Shown: in pieces, positions 1-11,045 of the stretch
How the letters are laid out: each line of letters begins with the position of its first letter
Numbering within the stretch: position 1 is the stretch's first letter
Origin: Escherichia coli
GTDB lineage: Bacteria > Pseudomonadota > Gammaproteobacteria > Enterobacterales > Enterobacteriaceae
DNA length: 64,000 nucleotides
NCBI RefSeq assembly: GCF_016026235.1
Contig: NZ_CP065613.1
Reading direction: 5' to 3' (one strand)
Notes under the pieces: generated by a model
What the model saw: the letters and a program-made list of their open reading frames with translations, nothing else
Database searches by the model: none
What the model was told of the DNA's origin: nothing
Translations under genes and position numbers: made by a program

Positions 1-705
1 TCGCCGACGCCGGACGAACCGGGCCATACTCTGGGCGGCTACTCACAACAGATCGTCGTTCATGAGCGATATGTTCTGCGTATTCGTCACCCGCAAGAGC
101 AGCTGGCGGCGGTGGCTCCTTTGTTGTGTGCAGGGATCACCACGTATTCGCCGCTACGTCACTGGCAGGCCGGGCCGGGTAAAAAAGTGGGCGTGGTCGG
201 CATCGGCGGTCTGGGACATATGGGGATCAAGCTGGCCCACGCGATGGGGGCGCATGTGGTGGCATTTACCACTTCTGAGGCAAAACGCGAAGCGGCAAAA
301 GCCCTGGGGGCCGATGAAGTTGTTAACTCACGCAATGCCGATGAGATGGCGGCTCATCTGAAGAGTTTCGATTTCATTTTGAATACAGTAGCTGCGCCAC
401 ATAATCTCGACGATTTTACCACCTTGCTGAAGCGTGATGGCACCATGACGCTGGTTGGTGCGCCTGCGACACCGCATAAATCGCCGGAAGTTTTCAACCT
501 GATCATGAAACGCCGTGCGATAGCCGGTTCTATGATTGGCGGCATTCCAGAAACTCAGGAGATGCTCGATTTTTGCGCCGAACATGGCATCGTGGCTGAT
601 ATAGAGATGATTCGGGCCGATCAAATTAATGAAGCCTATGAGCGAATGCTGCGTGGTGATGTGAAATATCGTTTTGTTATCGATAATCGCACACTAACAG
701 ACTGA
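1..705 (+). CDS. yahK: Zn-dependent alcohol/aldehyde dehydrogenase (MDR family), C-terminal part; 5-prime end lies outside the window
   Basis: Frame is open from base 1 to the stop at 703-705; Rossmann motif GVVGIGGLGHMG; conserved position upstream of yahL. Confidence 0.85.
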   Translation, partial: SPTPDEPGHTLGGYSQQIVVHERYVLRIRHPQEQLAAVAPLLCAGITTYSPLRHWQAGPGKKVGVVGIGGLGHMGIKLAHAMGAHVVAFTTSEAKREAAKALGADEVVNSRNADEMAAHLKSFDFILNTVAAPHNLDDFTTLLKRDGTMTLVGAPATPHKSPEVFNLIMKRRAIAGSMIGGIPETQEMLDFCAEHGIVADIEMIRADQINEAYERMLRGDVKYRFVIDNRTLTD

Positions 706-947
706 AAAAATTAATAAATACGCTGTGGTTTAACATATTAACTTCGCTCTCCACTTAACTTTTTAGTTAAGGAGAGCGAAATAATATCAAAGTAGCAGTA
801 AAACCTATAACGTAAATTCAAATTGTTAAATTAACTCCCTCCAGTACACAATACTTCACACGTTAGTTATGAGCGATTTCTGATAGTGCCTGGTTTAATC
901 AGCGCTTTATTATCTGCGACGTTTATTTTTATTTAAGAGAGATCGCG

Positions 948-1763
948 ATGATATCATTAAAAGCTCCGCACAATAATTTGATGCCATATACGCAACAAAG
1001 CATACTTAATACGGTTAAAAACAATCAGTTACCAGAGGATATCAAAAGCTCCCTGGTTTCCTGTGTCGATATATTCAAGGTTTTGATTAAACAATATTAT
1101 GATTATCCTTATGATTGTCGTGATGATTTAGTCGATGACGACAAACTCATTCATCTCATGGCTGCCGTACGAGACTGTGAGTGGTCAGACGATAACGCAC
1201 TCACCATAAATGTGCAGTTTAATGATTTCCCAGGATTTTATGACTGGATGGATTACCCTGATCACCCGGTTAAGTTTGTTTTTCGCATACTTGAAAATCA
1301 AAAAGGGACAGTTTGGGTATATGACCAGGATGATGCGTTTCTTGATATTAAAGCAAATGTGCAGGCTGGACGCTTTACCGGGCTTAAGAAATTAGTGCAG
1401 TTTATCAATTCAGTGCGAACAGATTGCAAATGTATTCTTCTTGAACGCCATATGCCTTTGCTGAGACTTTTCCCTAAAGGGAAAGAGTGTATCCATGTGG
1501 AAAAATGGCTTCGCGAAATGTCGTCTATGCCGGAGACAGACGCGCCCATTAAGCAGGCGCTTGCGCATGGATTATTATTACACTTAAAAAATATCTACCC
1601 TGTTTTTCCTGAATCACTGGTGATGTTATTGCTCTCTGTTCTGGACGTAAAAACATACAGAGATGATGCGCGATTAAATCAATGGATAACTAATAGAGTG
1701 CAGGAATTAGGTGACAGATATTATCCTGTAAATAAGCACGTTAAAATCCGCTACACTCTTTAG
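948..1763 (+). CDS. yahL: Hypothetical protein YahL (271 aa), no recognisable domain
   Basis: 271-aa ORF in a markedly AT-rich segment, preceded by an AT-rich leader; size and position match yahL. Confidence 0.75.
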   Translation: MISLKAPHNNLMPYTQQSILNTVKNNQLPEDIKSSLVSCVDIFKVLIKQYYDYPYDCRDDLVDDDKLIHLMAAVRDCEWSDDNALTINVQFNDFPGFYDWMDYPDHPVKFVFRILENQKGTVWVYDQDDAFLDIKANVQAGRFTGLKKLVQFINSVRTDCKCILLERHMPLLRLFPKGKECIHVEKWLREMSSMPETDAPIKQALAHGLLLHLKNIYPVFPESLVMLLLSVLDVKTYRDDARLNQWITNRVQELGDRYYPVNKHVKIRYTL

Positions 1764-1989
1764 TTCAGAAAGGGTTCCACCTGCAAGTTGTTATTCCACC
1801 AGAGAGTGAATCGCAATGCAGGTAATCATTTCATCTGTATATCTGTATGCCAACTGGCATTCCATCTCTTTTTTCGCCGATATTTTGTTGTGATCGGCGA
1901 CACTTCGCTTAAAAAAACACCAGCAGTGGTTTCGCAGCTATGCGGTGTATAAAAAATGATCTTATGCAGATGTTTTGTGAATGTGTGGG

Positions 1990-2017
1990 TTGACATTCAT
2001 ATGAAAAAAATCATAAT
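1990..2017 (+). promoter_or_regulatory. Candidate sigma-70 promoter (TTGACA, 16-bp spacer, CATAAT) upstream of yahM
   Basis: TTGACA at 1990-1995 and CATAAT at 2012-2017 read directly from the sequence; not tested. Confidence 0.3.
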
Positions 2018-2175
2018 TCCATCATGTTTGTGTGGGGTCTTTTCTGTATCTTACGCATCGCACTCAAGCCTGACAGAAAATATGCTGTAAGGCTCATATC
2101 AAAAACCGCCATTAGCTCATCAGGAAGAGCAGACGACAACCAGGATTGTTGTATGGTACGGGGTTCGAGGCCTCG

Positions 2176-2421
2176 ATGGCGGTCCAACTTTTCAAAACTC
2201 TTCTGAATCAGATCCCCTTATTATCATCCCTGCAAAGTGGAACATTGCCATTGTTTGGCTATTCAGGACGGGTCAGACCAATGAAAAAAGCCCACACAGG
2301 GGAGAGTGGGCTGAAATGGGAAGCTAAAGACTCAAGTAAACTTATCGGAAATAAGGACCACGCATTACGGGGGCTATCATCGCCGATGGTCGGGATTCGG
2401 CAAATCAGGTTGATTACGTAG
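2176..2421 (+). CDS. yahM: Small hypothetical protein YahM (81 aa)
   Basis: ORF 2146-2421 with an internal ATG at 2176 giving the 81-aa product MAVQLFKTLLNQ...; start choice uncertain. Confidence 0.5.
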   Translation: MAVQLFKTLLNQIPLLSSLQSGTLPLFGYSGRVRPMKKAHTGESGLKWEAKDSSKLIGNKDHALRGLSSPMVGIRQIRLIT

Positions 2422-2437
2422 AGAGTAAATTATCTGC

Positions 2438-3109
2438 TCACCGCTGCGTCACCCCTTCGTAAATCAGGCGTAGCGCGAATACACCAATAATTGCACCAAT
2501 AACCCGACTGGCAACGCGTTGCATACGCCCATAAGCACGACGCACAGCGGGCAAAGAAAACGCCTGACTAAGAAAGACTCGCCAGATAATTGATGCGAGT
2601 ACAATCCCCGCCCAGGCCATTAAACGTGCCCATGTTGGTGTTTCGGCATTTAATGTTACTGAGAAAATACTAATAAAAAATAAAACGGTTTGCGGGTTAG
2701 AGAGATCGGTAATTAATCCGCGGCGAAAAAAGACATACCAGGGGGCGTTAATCGGTTGTTGTAGTGTGCTCATTTGCGGTGTTGACTGGCGGCGCATGCT
2801 GCACCACGCAAACCATAAGAGATAAGCGCCGCCGACGATTCTGATAAGCGAAAAAATCTCCTCACACTGCGTAATTAGTGTTGCAAGACCAAACAAACCC
2901 AACCCGGAATAAAATGCATCGCCCAGCGCCACGCCCAGCCCGGTCAGCACCCCTGCGCGTCGACCGGAAGCCAGGCTGGTTTGTACTACCACAAAGAGAT
3001 TGGCTCCCGGATTAAAAAAAGTAATCACGAACAGTCCTACGGTCAGGTAAACGGCGTGCAAAGGATCCATAGTGATTTCATCCATAAATAAGTGAACTAA
3101 CTTCATCAT
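2438..3109 (-). CDS. yahN: LysE/RhtB-family amino-acid exporter (223 aa)
   Basis: 223-aa hydrophobic multi-helix ORF; conserved position between yahM and yahO. Confidence 0.85.
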   Translation of the reverse strand: MMKLVHLFMDEITMDPLHAVYLTVGLFVITFFNPGANLFVVVQTSLASGRRAGVLTGLGVALGDAFYSGLGLFGLATLITQCEEIFSLIRIVGGAYLLWFAWCSMRRQSTPQMSTLQQPINAPWYVFFRRGLITDLSNPQTVLFFISIFSVTLNAETPTWARLMAWAGIVLASIIWRVFLSQAFSLPAVRRAYGRMQRVASRVIGAIIGVFALRLIYEGVTQR

Positions 3110-3255
3110 ATTTCTACCAAAAATAATCGGGTGCGAGAGAGATCACAAAGTGTCTTATTTCCGGTTACTGGCGTTTATGCCCTGACTGAACTAATTATTA
3201 ATCAACCCAATAATGTCGGTGGGTGATAGTGTGATAACAACTCTGGAGCCGTAAT

Positions 3256-3531
3256 ATGAAAATAATCTCTAAAATGTTAGTCGGTGCGTTAGCGTTTGCC
3301 GTTACCAATGTCTATGCCGCTGAATTGATGACCAAAGCGGAATTTGAAAAAGTTGAATCGCAGTATGAAAAAATAGGTGATATTTCAACCAGCAATGAAA
3401 TGTCGACTGCAGATGCAAAAGAAGATTTGATCAAAAAAGCGGATGAAAAAGGGGCTGATGTGTTGGTACTGACCTCCGGTCAAACTGACAATAAGATCCA
3501 CGGCACGGCAAATATTTATAAGAAGAAGTAA
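3256..3531 (+). CDS. yahO: Small periplasmic DUF1471-family protein (91 aa) with signal peptide
   Basis: N-terminal signal peptide [21 protein letters not shown]; 91 aa. Confidence 0.85.
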   Translation: MKIISKMLVGALAFAVTNVYAAELMTKAEFEKVESQYEKIGDISTSNEMSTADAKEDLIKKADEKGADVLVLTSGQTDNKIHGTANIYKKK

Positions 3532-3628
3532 TTCTGAATCCTATGTAAACATCTCCGATGCGTAAGTTTATCGGTGATCATCTATTGAAATTTATGCCGG
3601 ATAAAGCGTTCGCGCTGCATTCGGCAGT

Positions 3629-5212
3629 TCAGCTTTTCAGCCGCCGCCAGAACGTCGTCCGGCTGATGCCTAAATAATTCGCCGCTGCTGTTTTATCGCC
3701 ATTAAATTTCTCCAGTGCCTGTTGTGGTGTCAGTAAGCGTGGAGCGGGAGTTTTCGCCGACTCGCGCGCCAGTTCCGGCAGTAGCAGCTGCAAAAATTGC
3801 GGCGTTAAATCCGGCGTCGGTTCCACACTTAAAAATAGCGCCAGTCGCTCCATCATATTGCGCAGTTCACGAATATTGCCCGGCCAGTCGTAGTGCACCA
3901 GCACGGTTTCGCTTGCCTGTAATCCCTGGCGTAATGCGGCAGAAAACGGGGCGGAGAGCGCCGCCAGAGACACTTTTAAAAAGCTTTCCGCCAGCGGCAG
4001 AATATCCGCCACCCGCTCGCGCAGTGGTGGCAATTGCAGACGCAAAATACTCAGCCGATAAAACAGATCACGGCGAAAACGTCCTTGCCGCATATCTTCT
4101 TCCAGATTGCAGTGAGTGGCGCTAATGACCCGTACATCTACCGGAACAGGCTGATGCCCGCCGACGCGGGTGACCTCTTTTTCTTCCAGCACCCGCAGCA
4201 GCCGGGTCTGCAACGGCAGCGGCATTTCGCCTATCTCGTCAAGAAACAGCGTGCCACCGTGGGCAATTTCGAACAGCCCGGCGCGACCTCCGCGTCGCGA
4301 GCCGGTAAACGCCCCTTCCTCATAGCCAAACAGTTCTGCTTCCAGCAGCGATTCGGCTATCGCCCCGCAGTTGACGGCAACAAACGGATGCGACTTTTTG
4401 CCCTGTCGCGCATCGTGGCGGGCAAAATATTCCCGATGAATCGCCTGGGCCGCCAGCTCTTTACCCGTCCCCGTTTCCCCCTCAATCAACACCGCTGCAC
4501 TGGAGCGGGCATACAGCAAAATAGTCTGCCGTACTTGTTGCATCTGTGGTGATTGACCGAGCATATCGCCCAGCACGTAACGAGTTCTCAGGGCGTTGCG
4601 GGTGGCATCGTGAGTGTTATGGCGTAACGACATGCGCGTCATATCCAGCGCATCGCTGAACGCCTGGCGCACGGTGGCGGCGGAATAGATAAAAATTCCG
4701 GTCATTCCGGCTTCTTCTGCCAAATCGGTAATCAGCCCTGCGCCGACCACCGCTTCGGTGCCGTTAGCTTTTAGCTCGTTAATCTGCCCGCGTGCGTCTT
4801 CCTCGGTAATGTAGCTACGTTGGTCGAGGCGCAAATTAAAGGTTTTTTGAAACGCCACCAGCGCTGGAATGGTTTCCTGATAGGTGACAACGCCGATAGA
4901 AGAGGTGAGTTTTCCGGCTTTTGCCAGTGCCTGTAACACATCGTAGCCGCTCGGTTTAATCAAAATAACTGGCACTGACAGGCGGCTTTTCAGGTACGCG
5001 CCGTTAGAGCCAGCAGCGATGATGGCGTCACAGCGTTCGTTTGCCAGTTTCTTGCGGATGTAGGTCACTGCTTTTTCAAAGCCAAGCTGAATAGGGGTAA
5101 TGTTCGCCAGGTGATCAAACTCGAGGCTGATATCGCGAAACAGCTCGAACAGGCGCGTTACAGATACCGTCCAGATAACCGGTTTGTCGTCATTAAGCCG
5201 TGGTGGATGTGC
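3629..5212 (-). CDS. prpR: Sigma-54-dependent transcriptional activator of propionate catabolism (528 aa)
   Basis: AAA+ sigma-54 activator motifs GETGTGKE and GAFTGS, C-terminal HTH; divergent from prpB; start taken at MAHPPRL (the ORF track extends 4 codons further upstream). Confidence 0.9.
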   Translation of the reverse strand, partial: AHPPRLNDDKPVIWTVSVTRLFELFRDISLEFDHLANITPIQLGFEKAVTYIRKKLANERCDAIIAAGSNGAYLKSRLSVPVILIKPSGYDVLQALAKAGKLTSSIGVVTYQETIPALVAFQKTFNLRLDQRSYITEEDARGQINELKANGTEAVVGAGLITDLAEEAGMTGIFIYSAATVRQAFSDALDMTRMSLRHNTHDATRNALRTRYVLGDMLGQSPQMQQVRQTILLYARSSAAVLIEGETGTGKELAAQAIHREYFARHDARQGKKSHPFVAVNCGAIAESLLEAELFGYEEGAFTGSRRGGRAGLFEIAHGGTLFLDEIGEMPLPLQTRLLRVLEEKEVTRVGGHQPVPVDVRVISATHCNLEEDMRQGRFRRDLFYRLSILRLQLPPLRERVADILPLAESFLKVSLAALSAPFSAALRQGLQASETVLVHYDWPGNIRELRNMMERLALFLSVEPTPDLTPQFLQLLLPELARESAKTPAPRLLTPQQALEKFNGDKTAAANYLGISRTTFWRRLKS

Positions 5213-5391
5213 CATAGCGCACCGCAAAGTTAAGAAACCGAATATTGGGTTTAGTCTTGTTTCATAATTGTTGCAATGAAACGCGGTGAAACATTGCCTG
5301 AAACGTTAACTGAAACGCATATTTGCGGATTAGTTCATGACGTTATCTCTAACAAATTGAAATTAAACATTTAATTTTATTAAGGCAATTG

Positions 5392-5406
5392 TGGCACACC
5401 CCTTGC
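5392..5406 (+). promoter_or_regulatory. Sigma-54 (-24/-12) promoter for prpBCDE
   Basis: TGGCAC-N5-TTGC read at 5392-5406, about 45 bp upstream of the prpB start, facing prpR. Confidence 0.8.
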
Positions 5407-5452
5407 TTTGTTTTATTAACGAAAATAACAAGTTGATAACAAAGGATGGGCT

Positions 5453-6343
5453 ATGTCTCTACACTCTCCAGGTAAAGCGTTTCGCGCTGCACTGACTAAA
5501 GAAAATCCATTGCAGATTGTTGGCACCATCAACGCTAATCATGCGCTGTTGGCGCAGCGTGCCGGATATCAGGCAATTTATCTCTCCGGCGGTGGCGTGG
5601 CGGCAGGGTCGCTGGGGCTGCCCGATCTCGGTATTTCTACTCTTGATGACGTGCTGACAGATATTCGCCGTATCACCGACGTTTGTTCGCTGCCGCTGCT
5701 GGTGGATGCGGATATCGGTTTTGGTTCTTCTGCTTTTAACGTTGCGCGTACGGTGAAATCGATGATTAAAGCCGGTGCGGCGGGATTGCATATTGAAGAT
5801 CAGGTTGGTGCAAAACGCTGTGGTCATCGCCCGAACAAAGCGATCGTCTCGAAAGAGGAGATGGTGGATCGGATCCGCGCGGCGGTGGATGCGAAAACCG
5901 ATCCTGATTTTGTGATCATGGCGCGCACCGATGCGCTGGCGGTTGAAGGACTGGATGCGGCGATCGAGCGTGCGCAGGCCTATGTTGAAGCTGGTGCCGA
6001 GATGTTGTTCCCGGAGGCGATTACCGAACTCGCCATGTACCGCCAGTTTGCCGATGCGGTGCAGGTGCCGATCCTCGCCAATATTACCGAATTTGGCGCA
6101 ACGCCGCTGTTTACCACCGACGAATTACGCAGCGCCCATGTCGCAATGGCGCTGTACCCGCTTTCAGCGTTCCGCGCCATGAACCGCGCCGCTGAACATG
6201 TCTACAACGTCCTGCGTCAGGAAGGCACGCAGAAAAGTGTCATCGACACCATGCAGACCCGCAACGAGCTGTACGAAAGCATCAACTACTACCAGTACGA
6301 AGAGAAGCTCGACGATCTGTTTGCCCGTAGCCAGGTGAAATAA
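5453..6343 (+). CDS. prpB: 2-methylisocitrate lyase (296 aa)
   Basis: Isocitrate-lyase/PEP-mutase family sequence including KRCGH motif; first gene of the prp operon. Confidence 0.95.
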   Translation: MSLHSPGKAFRAALTKENPLQIVGTINANHALLAQRAGYQAIYLSGGGVAAGSLGLPDLGISTLDDVLTDIRRITDVCSLPLLVDADIGFGSSAFNVARTVKSMIKAGAAGLHIEDQVGAKRCGHRPNKAIVSKEEMVDRIRAAVDAKTDPDFVIMARTDALAVEGLDAAIERAQAYVEAGAEMLFPEAITELAMYRQFADAVQVPILANITEFGATPLFTTDELRSAHVAMALYPLSAFRAMNRAAEHVYNVLRQEGTQKSVIDTMQTRNELYESINYYQYEEKLDDLFARSQVK

Positions 6344-6384
6344 AAAACGCCCGTTGGTTGTATTCGACAACCGATGCCTGATGC

Positions 6385-6470
6385 GCCGCTGACGCGACTT
6401 ATCAGGCCTACGGGTGTACTGAACTGTAGGTCGGATAAGACGCATGGCGTCGCATCCGACAACAATCCCG
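6385..6470. repeat. BIME made of two inverted REP elements in the prpB-prpC spacer
   Basis: gcctgatgcg...cttatcaggcctac and gtaggtcggataag...gcatccgac palindromic units. Confidence 0.7.
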
Positions 6471-6502
6471 ACCCTACAAATGATAACAATGACGAGGACA
6501 AC

Positions 6503-7672
6503 ATGAGCGACACAACGATCCTGCAAAACAGTACCCATGTCATTAAACCGAAAAAATCTGTGGCGCTTTCTGGCGTTTCGGCGGGCAATACGGCGCTCTG
6601 CACCGTGGGTAAAAGTGGCAATGACTTGCATTACCGTAGTTACGATATTCTTGATCTGGCGGAACATTGCGAATTTGAAGAAGTGGCGCATCTGCTGATC
6701 CACGGCAAACTGCCGACCCGTGACGAACTCGCCGCTTACAAAACGAAACTGAAAGCCCTGCGCGGTTTACCGGCTAATGTGCGTACTGTGCTGGAAGCCT
6801 TACCGGCGGCGTCGCACCCGATGGATGTTATGCGCACCGGCGTTTCCGCGCTCGGCTGCACGCTGCCAGAAAAAGAGGGGCATACCGTCTCCGGCGCGCG
6901 GGATATTGCCGACAAACTGTTGGCGTCGCTGAGCTCGATTCTTCTCTACTGGTATCACTACAGCCATAACGGCGAACGCATCCAGCCGGAAACCGATGAC
7001 GACTCAATAGGCGGTCACTTCCTGCATCTGCTGCACGGCGAAAAGCCATCGCAAAGCTGGGAAAAGGCGATGCATATTTCGCTAGTGCTGTACGCCGAAC
7101 ACGAGTTTAACGCCTCCACCTTTACCAGTCGGGTGATTGCGGGCACCGGCTCTGATATGTATTCCGCGATTATTGGCGCGATTGGCGCACTGCGCGGGCC
7201 GAAGCACGGCGGGGCGAATGAAGTGTCGCTGGAGATCCAGCAACGCTACGAAACGCCAGACGAAGCCGAAGCCGATATCCGCAAGCGGGTGGAAAACAAA
7301 GAAGTGGTCATTGGTTTTGGTCATCCGGTTTATACCATCGCCGACCCGCGCCACCAGGTGATTAAACGTGTGGCGAAGCAGCTCTCGCAGGAAGGCGGCT
7401 CGCTGAAGATGTACAACATCGCCGATCGTCTGGAAACGGTGATGTGGGAGAGCAAAAAGATGTTCCCCAATCTCGACTGGTTCTCCGCTGTTTCCTACAA
7501 CATGATGGGCGTTCCCACCGAGATGTTCACACCACTGTTTGTTATCGCCCGCGTCACCGGCTGGGCGGCGCACATTATCGAACAACGTCAGGACAACAAA
7601 ATTATCCGTCCTTCCGCCAATTATGTTGGACCGGAAGACCGCCAGTTTGTCGCGCTGGATAAGCGCCAGTAA
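6503..7672 (+). CDS. prpC: 2-methylcitrate synthase (389 aa)
   Basis: Citrate-synthase family; start set at MSDTTILQN, because the longer ORF from 6374 reads through the REP element. Confidence 0.93.
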   Translation: MSDTTILQNSTHVIKPKKSVALSGVSAGNTALCTVGKSGNDLHYRSYDILDLAEHCEFEEVAHLLIHGKLPTRDELAAYKTKLKALRGLPANVRTVLEALPAASHPMDVMRTGVSALGCTLPEKEGHTVSGARDIADKLLASLSSILLYWYHYSHNGERIQPETDDDSIGGHFLHLLHGEKPSQSWEKAMHISLVLYAEHEFNASTFTSRVIAGTGSDMYSAIIGAIGALRGPKHGGANEVSLEIQQRYETPDEAEADIRKRVENKEVVIGFGHPVYTIADPRHQVIKRVAKQLSQEGGSLKMYNIADRLETVMWESKKMFPNLDWFSAVSYNMMGVPTEMFTPLFVIARVTGWAAHIIEQRQDNKIIRPSANYVGPEDRQFVALDKRQ

Positions 7673-7705
7673 ACCTCTACGAATAACAATAAGGAAACGT
7701 ACCCA

Positions 7706-9157
7706 ATGTCAGCTCAAATCAACAACATCCGCCCGGAATTTGATCGTGAAATCGTTGATATCGTCGATTACGTGATGAACTACGAAATCAGCTCCAAAGT
7801 GGCCTACGACACCGCACATTACTGCCTGCTCGACACGCTCGGCTGCGGTCTTGAAGCTCTCGAATACCCAGCCTGTAAAAAACTGCTGGGGCCAATTGTC
7901 CCCGGCACCGTCGTACCAAACGGCGTGCGCGTCCCCGGAACTCAGTTCCAGCTCGACCCCGTCCAGGCGGCATTTAACATCGGCGCGATGATCCGTTGGC
8001 TCGATTTCAACGATACCTGGCTGGCGGCGGAGTGGGGCCATCCTTCCGACAACCTCGGCGGCATTCTGGCAACGGCAGACTGGCTTTCGCGCAACGCGGT
8101 CGCCAGCGGCAAAGCGCCGTTGACCATGAAACAGGTGCTGACCGCAATGATCAAAGCCCATGAAATTCAGGGCTGCATCGCGCTGGAAAACTCCTTTAAC
8201 CGCGTCGGCCTCGACCACGTTCTGTTAGTGAAAGTGGCTTCCACCGCCGTGGTCGCCGAAATGCTTGGCCTGACCCGCGAGGAAATTCTCAACGCTGTTT
8301 CGCTGGCGTGGGTGGACGGTCAGTCGCTGCGCACCTATCGCCATGCGCCGAACACCGGCACGCGTAAATCCTGGGCGGCGGGCGATGCCACTTCCCGCGC
8401 GGTACGTCTGGCACTGATGGCGAAAACGAGCGAAATGGGTTACCCGTCAGCCCTGACTGCGCCGGTGTGGGGCTTCTACGACGTCTCCTTTAAAGGTGAA
8501 TCGTTCCGCTTCCAGCGCCCGTACGGTTCCTACGTTATGGAAAATGTGCTGTTCAAAATCTCCTTCCCGGCGGAGTTCCACTCCCAGACGGCAGTTGAAG
8601 CAGCGATGACGCTCTATGAACAGATGCAGGCAGCAGGCAAAACGGCGGCGGATATCGAAAAAGTGACCATTCGCACCCACGAAGCCTGTATTCGCATCAT
8701 CGACAAAAAAGGGCCGCTCAATAACCCGGCAGACCGCGATCACTGCATTCAGTACATGGTGGCGATCCCGCTGCTATTCGGGCGCTTAACGGCGGCAGAT
8801 TATGAGGACAACGTTGCGCAAGATAAACGCATTGACGCCCTGCGCGAGAAGATCAATTGCTTTGAAGATCCGGCATTTACCGCTGACTACCACGACCCGG
8901 AAAAACGCGCCATCGCCAATGCCATTACCCTTGAGTTCACCGACGGCACACGATTTGAAGAAGTGGTGGTGGAGTACCCCATTGGTCATGCTCGCCGCCG
9001 TCAGGATGGTATTCCGAAACTGGTCGATAAATTCAAAATCAATCTCGCGCGCCAGTTCCCGACTCGCCAACAGCAGCGCATTCTGGAGGTTTCTCTCGAC
9101 AGAACTCGCCTGGAACAGATGCCGGTCAATGAGTATCTCGACCTGTACGTCATTTAA
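7706..9157 (+). CDS. prpD: 2-methylcitrate dehydratase (483 aa)
   Basis: MmgE/PrpD family, 483 aa, operon position. Confidence 0.95.
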   Translation: MSAQINNIRPEFDREIVDIVDYVMNYEISSKVAYDTAHYCLLDTLGCGLEALEYPACKKLLGPIVPGTVVPNGVRVPGTQFQLDPVQAAFNIGAMIRWLDFNDTWLAAEWGHPSDNLGGILATADWLSRNAVASGKAPLTMKQVLTAMIKAHEIQGCIALENSFNRVGLDHVLLVKVASTAVVAEMLGLTREEILNAVSLAWVDGQSLRTYRHAPNTGTRKSWAAGDATSRAVRLALMAKTSEMGYPSALTAPVWGFYDVSFKGESFRFQRPYGSYVMENVLFKISFPAEFHSQTAVEAAMTLYEQMQAAGKTAADIEKVTIRTHEACIRIIDKKGPLNNPADRDHCIQYMVAIPLLFGRLTAADYEDNVAQDKRIDALREKINCFEDPAFTADYHDPEKRAIANAITLEFTDGTRFEEVVVEYPIGHARRRQDGIPKLVDKFKINLARQFPTRQQQRILEVSLDRTRLEQMPVNEYLDLYVI

Positions 9158-9196
9158 GTAAACGGCGGTAAGGCGTAAGTTCAACAGGAGAGCATT

Positions 9197-11044
9197 ATGT
9201 CTTTTAGCGAATTTTATCAGCGTTCGATTAACGAACCGGAGCAGTTCTGGGCCGAGCAGGCCCGGCGTATTGACTGGCAGACGCCCTTTACGCAAACGCT
9301 CGACCACAGCAATCCGCCGTTTGCCCGTTGGTTTTGTGAAGGCCGAACCAATTTGTGCCACAACGCTATCGACCGCTGGCTGGAGAAACAGCCAGAGGCA
9401 CTGGCATTGATTGCCGTCTCTTCGGAAACAGAAGAAGAGCGCACCTTTACCTTTCGCCAGCTGCATGACGAAGTGAACGCGGTGGCCTCAATGTTGCGCT
9501 CACTGGGCGTGCAGCGCGGCGATCGGGTGCTGGTGTATATGCCGATGATTGCCGAAGTGCATATTACTCTGCTGGCCTGCGCGCGCATTGGTGCTATTCA
9601 TTCGGTGGTATTTGGTGGTTTTGCCTCGCACAGCGTGGCGGCGCGAATTGATGACGCTAAACCGGTGCTGATTGTCTCGGCTGATGCCGGAGCGCGCGGT
9701 GGCAAAATCATTCCCTATAAAAAATTGCTCGACGATGCGATAAGTCAGGCGCAGCACCAGCCACGCCATGTTTTGCTGGTGGATCGCGGGTTGGCGAAAA
9801 TGGCGCGCGTCAGCGGGCGGGATGTCGATTTCGCGTCGTTGCGCCATCAACACATCGGCGCGCGGGTACCGGTGGCGTGGCTGGAATCCAACGAAACCTC
9901 CTGCATTCTCTACACTTCCGGCACGACCGGCAAACCTAAAGGCGTGCAGCGTGACGTCGGCGGATATGCGGTGGCGCTGGCGACCTCGATGGACACCATT
10001 TTTGGCGGCAAAGCGGGCAGCGTGTTCTTTTGCGCATCGGATATCGGCTGGGTGGTGGGGCATTCGTATATCGTTTACGCGCCGCTGCTGGCGGGGATGG
10101 CGACTATCGTTTACGAAGGATTGCCGACCTGGCCGGACTGCGGCGTGTGGTGGAAAATCGTCGAGAAATATCAGGTTAGCCGGATGTTCTCAGCGCCGAC
10201 CGCCATTCGCGTGCTGAAAAAATTCCCTACCGCTGAAATTCGCAAACACGATCTCTCGTCGCTGGAAGTGCTCTATCTGGCTGGAGAACCGCTGGACGAG
10301 CCGACCGCCAGTTGGGTGAGCAATACGCTGGATGTGCCGGTCATCGACAACTACTGGCAGACCGAATCCGGCTGGCCGATTATGGCGATTGCTCGCGGTC
10401 TGGACGACAGGCCGACGCGTCTGGGAAGCCCCGGCGTGCCGATGTATGGCTATAACGTGCAGTTGCTTAATGAAGTCACCGGCGAACCGTGTGGCGTCAA
10501 CGAGAAAGGGATGCTGGTGGTGGAAGGGCCGCTGCCGCCGGGGTGTATTCAGACCATCTGGGGCGACGACGACCGCTTTGTGAAGACTTACTGGTCGCTG
10601 TTTTCCCGCCCGGTGTACGCCACCTTTGACTGGGGCATCCGTGACGCTGACGGTTATCACTTTATTCTCGGGCGCACTGACGATGTAATTAACGTTGCCG
10701 GGCATCGGCTGGGCACGCGCGAGATTGAAGAGAGTATCTCCAGTCATCCGGGCGTTGCCGAAGTGGCGGTGGCGTTTGTCATTCCGAAAGAGAGCGACAG
10801 TCTGGAAGATCGTGATGTGGCGCATTCGCAAGAGAAGGCGATTATGGCGCTGGTGGACAGCCAGATTGGCAACTTTGGCCGCCCGGCGCACGTCTGGTTT
10901 GTCTCGCAATTGCCAAAAACGCGATCCGGAAAAATGCTGCGGCGCACGATCCAGGCGATTTGCGAAGGACGCGATCCTGGGGATCTGACGACCATTGATG
11001 ATCCTGCGTCGTTGGATCAGATCCGCCAGGCGATGGAAGAGTAA
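9197..11044 (+). CDS. prpE: Propionyl-CoA synthetase (ANL-family acyl-CoA synthetase), 615 aa; appears to carry an in-frame internal deletion near the C-terminal domain
   Basis: AMP-binding motif YTSGTTGKPKG and C-terminal PKTRSGK; the protein reads ...HPGVAEVAVAFVIPKE..., lacking the expected VVGxxDxxKGQ segment. Confidence 0.9.
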   Translation: MSFSEFYQRSINEPEQFWAEQARRIDWQTPFTQTLDHSNPPFARWFCEGRTNLCHNAIDRWLEKQPEALALIAVSSETEEERTFTFRQLHDEVNAVASMLRSLGVQRGDRVLVYMPMIAEVHITLLACARIGAIHSVVFGGFASHSVAARIDDAKPVLIVSADAGARGGKIIPYKKLLDDAISQAQHQPRHVLLVDRGLAKMARVSGRDVDFASLRHQHIGARVPVAWLESNETSCILYTSGTTGKPKGVQRDVGGYAVALATSMDTIFGGKAGSVFFCASDIGWVVGHSYIVYAPLLAGMATIVYEGLPTWPDCGVWWKIVEKYQVSRMFSAPTAIRVLKKFPTAEIRKHDLSSLEVLYLAGEPLDEPTASWVSNTLDVPVIDNYWQTESGWPIMAIARGLDDRPTRLGSPGVPMYGYNVQLLNEVTGEPCGVNEKGMLVVEGPLPPGCIQTIWGDDDRFVKTYWSLFSRPVYATFDWGIRDADGYHFILGRTDDVINVAGHRLGTREIEESISSHPGVAEVAVAFVIPKESDSLEDRDVAHSQEKAIMALVDSQIGNFGRPAHVWFVSQLPKTRSGKMLRRTIQAICEGRDPGDLTTIDDPASLDQIRQAMEE

Positions 11045-11045
11045 G

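Noticed and set aside
1210-1395. 61-aa ORF inside yahL
   Set aside because: Alternative-frame ORF within a longer, better-supported CDS.
6374-6502. N-terminal extension of prpC (ORF track starts at 6374)
   Set aside because: The extension is a translation of the REP element; the true start is MSDTTILQ at 6503.
8786-9466. 226-aa ORF antisense across the prpD-prpE junction
   Set aside because: Shadow ORF; spans an intergenic region and two sense genes.
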